54,366 nt of DNA from Arcobacteraceae bacterium (lineage in GTDB: Bacteria; Campylobacterota; Campylobacteria; Campylobacterales; Arcobacteraceae): NCBI GenBank assembly GCA_049650525.1, contig JBASAI010000393.1, forward strand, positions 1-54,366, given 5' to 3'. Below are positions 51,940 to 54,366 of the stretch, one piece after another; within the stretch, counting starts at the first letter, position 1; every line of letters begins with the position of its first letter. A program made the position numbers and the translations under genes. Under the pieces are notes generated by a model. The model worked only from the letters and a program-made list of their open reading frames with translations, had not been told where the DNA came from and did not search any database.

Positions 51940-54279
51940 TTACATATAATCGTTATGTTCAATTATCTCTTGTTCTTCACTGTTTTCAGCATTTGATTCT
52001 GAATTAGTATTCTTCTGTTCTTCTTGCCTACCATTTTGATTTGATTGATTAAAGCTATCTTGTGAGCCTTGATCTTGCATATTAAAATTTATAGAAACAT
52101 TTGAAGTTTCAGTAAACTGTCTTTGGATTGCATTTTGTAACGCAACTTTATTTTCAGTAAACGCTTCCATTGTGTTTGAATTACTTAAATTCATACTTAC
52201 ACTTAAACTATTATCAACTTTATTCGCTTTCATGATAATCGAGATACTTCCTAAATTAGCAGGATTCAGATTTACTCTAAAAGCAGTTACTGGAGGCTTA
52301 TAATTTAAGTACATATTTCGAGCAACTTCACTCATAAAACTTCCCATTTTTTGGTGTGCACCGATGATCTTTGATTGTATTATTTGTACAGCCTCTTTAG
52401 GAACAGCTAACTCTACAGTATCAACAGTTTTTTTTGACTCTTCAATAATTGAAACTTCTTCTTGCTGTTGCATTACTTGCTGGTTTCTTTGGCTGACAAG
52501 ATTGTTGGACTCTATTCTTTGATCAAGAAAAGCTCTATTTAAATCTCGACTATTAAATAAGTTATTTACCCGAGATTCCTCTTTTTTAGTTTCTGTAGGA
52601 ACGCTTTTTTGGGCTTCGTTCCCTTCCCTTTTTATATCTGTTTTATTGAGTCCTAGATCAAGTTTTTCGGCACTTGCTTTTACTGATTCAAGTGTCTTTT
52701 TCTCAATAATATTTATTTTAGCATCATGCACTTGCTCTAAAGATGTTTTTTCTTTGATACTTTTTTGTGCATTTAAAAACATAGCTGCTAACAATGGTTT
52801 TTCATCGCTATGGATCAGTTTACTACTTGTACCACTACTTAGAGTTGATAGATTTATTTTAGTCGTAACTTGAGTAGTTGATTGCGTTATCTTATCATCA
52901 GTCGTTTTAACAATAATGATTTCAGAAACTTTTTCTTGTATCTTTGTAACTTCATTTTCTATTTGATTGAGTTTACCTTCTACATTATTGTGTATGATTT
53001 TTACTTCTTGTGTAACATCACTTTTGCTTACTTCTATTGTTTTGTTATTAGGAAGTTTTGAGATTTCACTTTCTATATCATCACTAGATTTATCTATATT
53101 TGTTAAACTTGTTGTGATTTCTTTTGCTAACTCTTTATTTTTAGAATCGTCTTGTTCTGTAATATCAACAACAGATTCTATGATATTTGAAACTTCTTTT
53201 TTGATCTCTTGTATAGCACCTTTTTCATCTTTTACTGCAACGCTATTTTGATTCTTAGTCTCTTTTGGTGTATCATTAGGAGTACTATTGTCTGAAACAA
53301 TACTCAATACCTCTTTTTTAATCTCTTGAATATTTTCTTTGATAGTTTTAACTTCTGTTTCAATTACAGCATCTAGTTCTTTTGAGTTTACGACAGATGG
53401 CTTTTCTGATTTATTCACTATGCTTTTTTGAGTATCAGATGAAATATTTTTACTTTCACTCGAAGTTGGCTCATTTTGCATCTCAGATTTAATAATTTTT
53501 ACACTACTTTTTATGATTTCTAACTTATCGTTAATAAGAATTTTTACTTTTTCTTTGTCTGAAACATCTGCAAGTTTATTATTGATAACTTCCTCAACGG
53601 TATTTTTGACAATTTTATTCAGATCAGTATTTGTAGTAGCTGTCTTTTCTGGATTTTTATCTAAAATATCTTTTGCAGCAGTTACAACTATATCCACTAA
53701 TTTATCTACCATTTTTTGTAGAGATTGTGTGTTTTTTGCTTCATCTGCAACAGTTACACTAATTGTTTTTGCTGCATTTTTTAAGTTACTAGTGATCTCT
53801 TCTGCTGTTTGAGTTTTATTATTAACGGCTATTTTTGATTGTTTTGATGTAGTGTTTTCTGTTTTTGCTTCAATTGTATTGTCTATTTTTTTATCTCTTG
53901 AAGTTTCTGTTTTCGTTTCAGTATTATCTTGAGTTTTTTTCTCTAATTGTGTTGCTATTTTTAATTCAACACTATTTTGAATCTTTTTATCAGATGAAGT
54001 TTCTTGTTTTCCTTCAACATTATTTTGTGTTTTCTTATCTGCTAAAGTTTCTGTTTTGCTTTCTGTTTTCGTTTCAGTATTATCTTGAGTTTTTTTCTCT
54101 GAAGCTGTTTGCTCTTTCTTAGTACCTGAAGGCTCCTGTTTTGCTTGGCTTAAGAGTGAGTCAAAAAGAGATTGACCCCCTTTTTTTTCACCTACTTCAG
54201 TTTTACTAGAAGCATTGGTTGCCAATGTGGCTTTTTTAGAAGTTGGTTTATCAAGATTTAGTAAAAGATCAGCTGACAT
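51940..54279 (-). CDS. fliK: Flagellar hook-length control protein FliK (long)
   Basis: Low-complexity N-terminus; C-terminal LNPANLG T3S4-like motif and Q/N/E-rich tail; flagellar context. Confidence 0.8.
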   Translation of the reverse strand: MSADLLLNLDKPTSKKATLATNASSKTEVGEKKGGQSLFDSLLSQAKQEPSGTKKEQTASEKKTQDNTETKTESKTETLADKKTQNNVEGKQETSSDKKIQNSVELKIATQLEKKTQDNTETKTETSRDKKIDNTIEAKTENTTSKQSKIAVNNKTQTAEEITSNLKNAAKTISVTVADEAKNTQSLQKMVDKLVDIVVTAAKDILDKNPEKTATTNTDLNKIVKNTVEEVINNKLADVSDKEKVKILINDKLEIIKSSVKIIKSEMQNEPTSSESKNISSDTQKSIVNKSEKPSVVNSKELDAVIETEVKTIKENIQEIKKEVLSIVSDNSTPNDTPKETKNQNSVAVKDEKGAIQEIKKEVSNIIESVVDITEQDDSKNKELAKEITTSLTNIDKSSDDIESEISKLPNNKTIEVSKSDVTQEVKIIHNNVEGKLNQIENEVTKIQEKVSEIIIVKTTDDKITQSTTQVTTKINLSTLSSGTSSKLIHSDEKPLLAAMFLNAQKSIKEKTSLEQVHDAKINIIEKKTLESVKASAEKLDLGLNKTDIKREGNEAQKSVPTETKKEESRVNNLFNSRDLNRAFLDQRIESNNLVSQRNQQVMQQQEEVSIIEESKKTVDTVELAVPKEAVQIIQSKIIGAHQKMGSFMSEVARNMYLNYKPPVTAFRVNLNPANLGSISIIMKANKVDNSLSVSMNLSNSNTMEAFTENKVALQNAIQRQFTETSNVSINFNMQDQGSQDSFNQSNQNGRQEEQKNTNSESNAENSEEQEIIEHNDYM
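53856..54100 (-). repeat. Degenerate 48-bp (16-aa) coding tandem repeat in fliK, about 5 units
   Basis: Units such as EKKTQDNTETKTE, DKKTQNNVEGKQETSS, DKKIQNSVELKIATQL; exact 41-bp duplicate at 53904-53944 and 54060-54100. Left edge approximate. Confidence 0.8.
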
Positions 54280-54289
54280 AATTATTTAC

Positions 54290-54366
54290 CTAGCTTTTAA
54301 TAATATCGAGAGTTTGTGTATCCATATCTTTTTGAGTTTTAAATGCTGACACATTTGCCTCATACG
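54290..54366 (-). CDS. flgC: Flagellar basal-body rod protein FlgC, 3' end only
   Basis: Hand translation YEANVSAFKTQKDMDTQTLDIIKS* matches the FlgC C-terminal YEAN motif. Confidence 0.75.
   Translation of the reverse strand, partial: YEANVSAFKTQKDMDTQTLDIIKS

Noticed and set aside
53856..54100. Spaced repeats considered as a CRISPR array
   Set aside because: In-frame coding repeats within fliK; no constant repeat with unique spacers and no cas genes.

Overview
AT-rich chromosomal segment from a Campylobacterota bacterium, probably Arcobacteraceae-like (inferred from gene content and order). In order, it contains: (1) a heavy-metal/copper RND efflux operon (adaptor fragment, TolC-like, Met-rich CrdA/YtkA-like) and a SulP transporter; (2) a minus-strand run of antitoxin, RelE/ParE toxin, MutS with a C-terminal HNH nuclease (MutS7 type), and an OmpR-family regulator/kinase pair; (3) an all-minus-strand defence-like cassette (about 9.0-16.2 kb) with a type IIG restriction-modification enzyme, a membrane-anchored hypothetical, DUF2971, a DUF3892-like small protein, a 2-TM protein with tandem SieB-like wHTH repeats, a frameshifted YhcG/DUF1016 and decayed ORFs; (4) a sufBCDSE+DUF59 Fe-S operon, a flavoprotein disulfide reductase and purL; (5) a DUF3015/DUF4105 pair, a MazF-type TA module, housekeeping genes (cdsA, dxr, tsaD, ilvA, bcp, lspA, glmM, secDF-yajC) and a TetR-regulated SMR pair; (6) a flagellar cluster (flhA, flgL, fliI, TPR-like protein, flhB, fliR, fliK, 3' end of flgC). 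No rRNA, tRNA, CRISPR array, transposase or integrase was recognised. Best candidates for undescribed biology are the TA-coupled MutS-HNH operon and the DUF3892/SieB-like and DUF2971 cargo behind the RM gene. All family calls come from reading motifs by eye, not from database searches.
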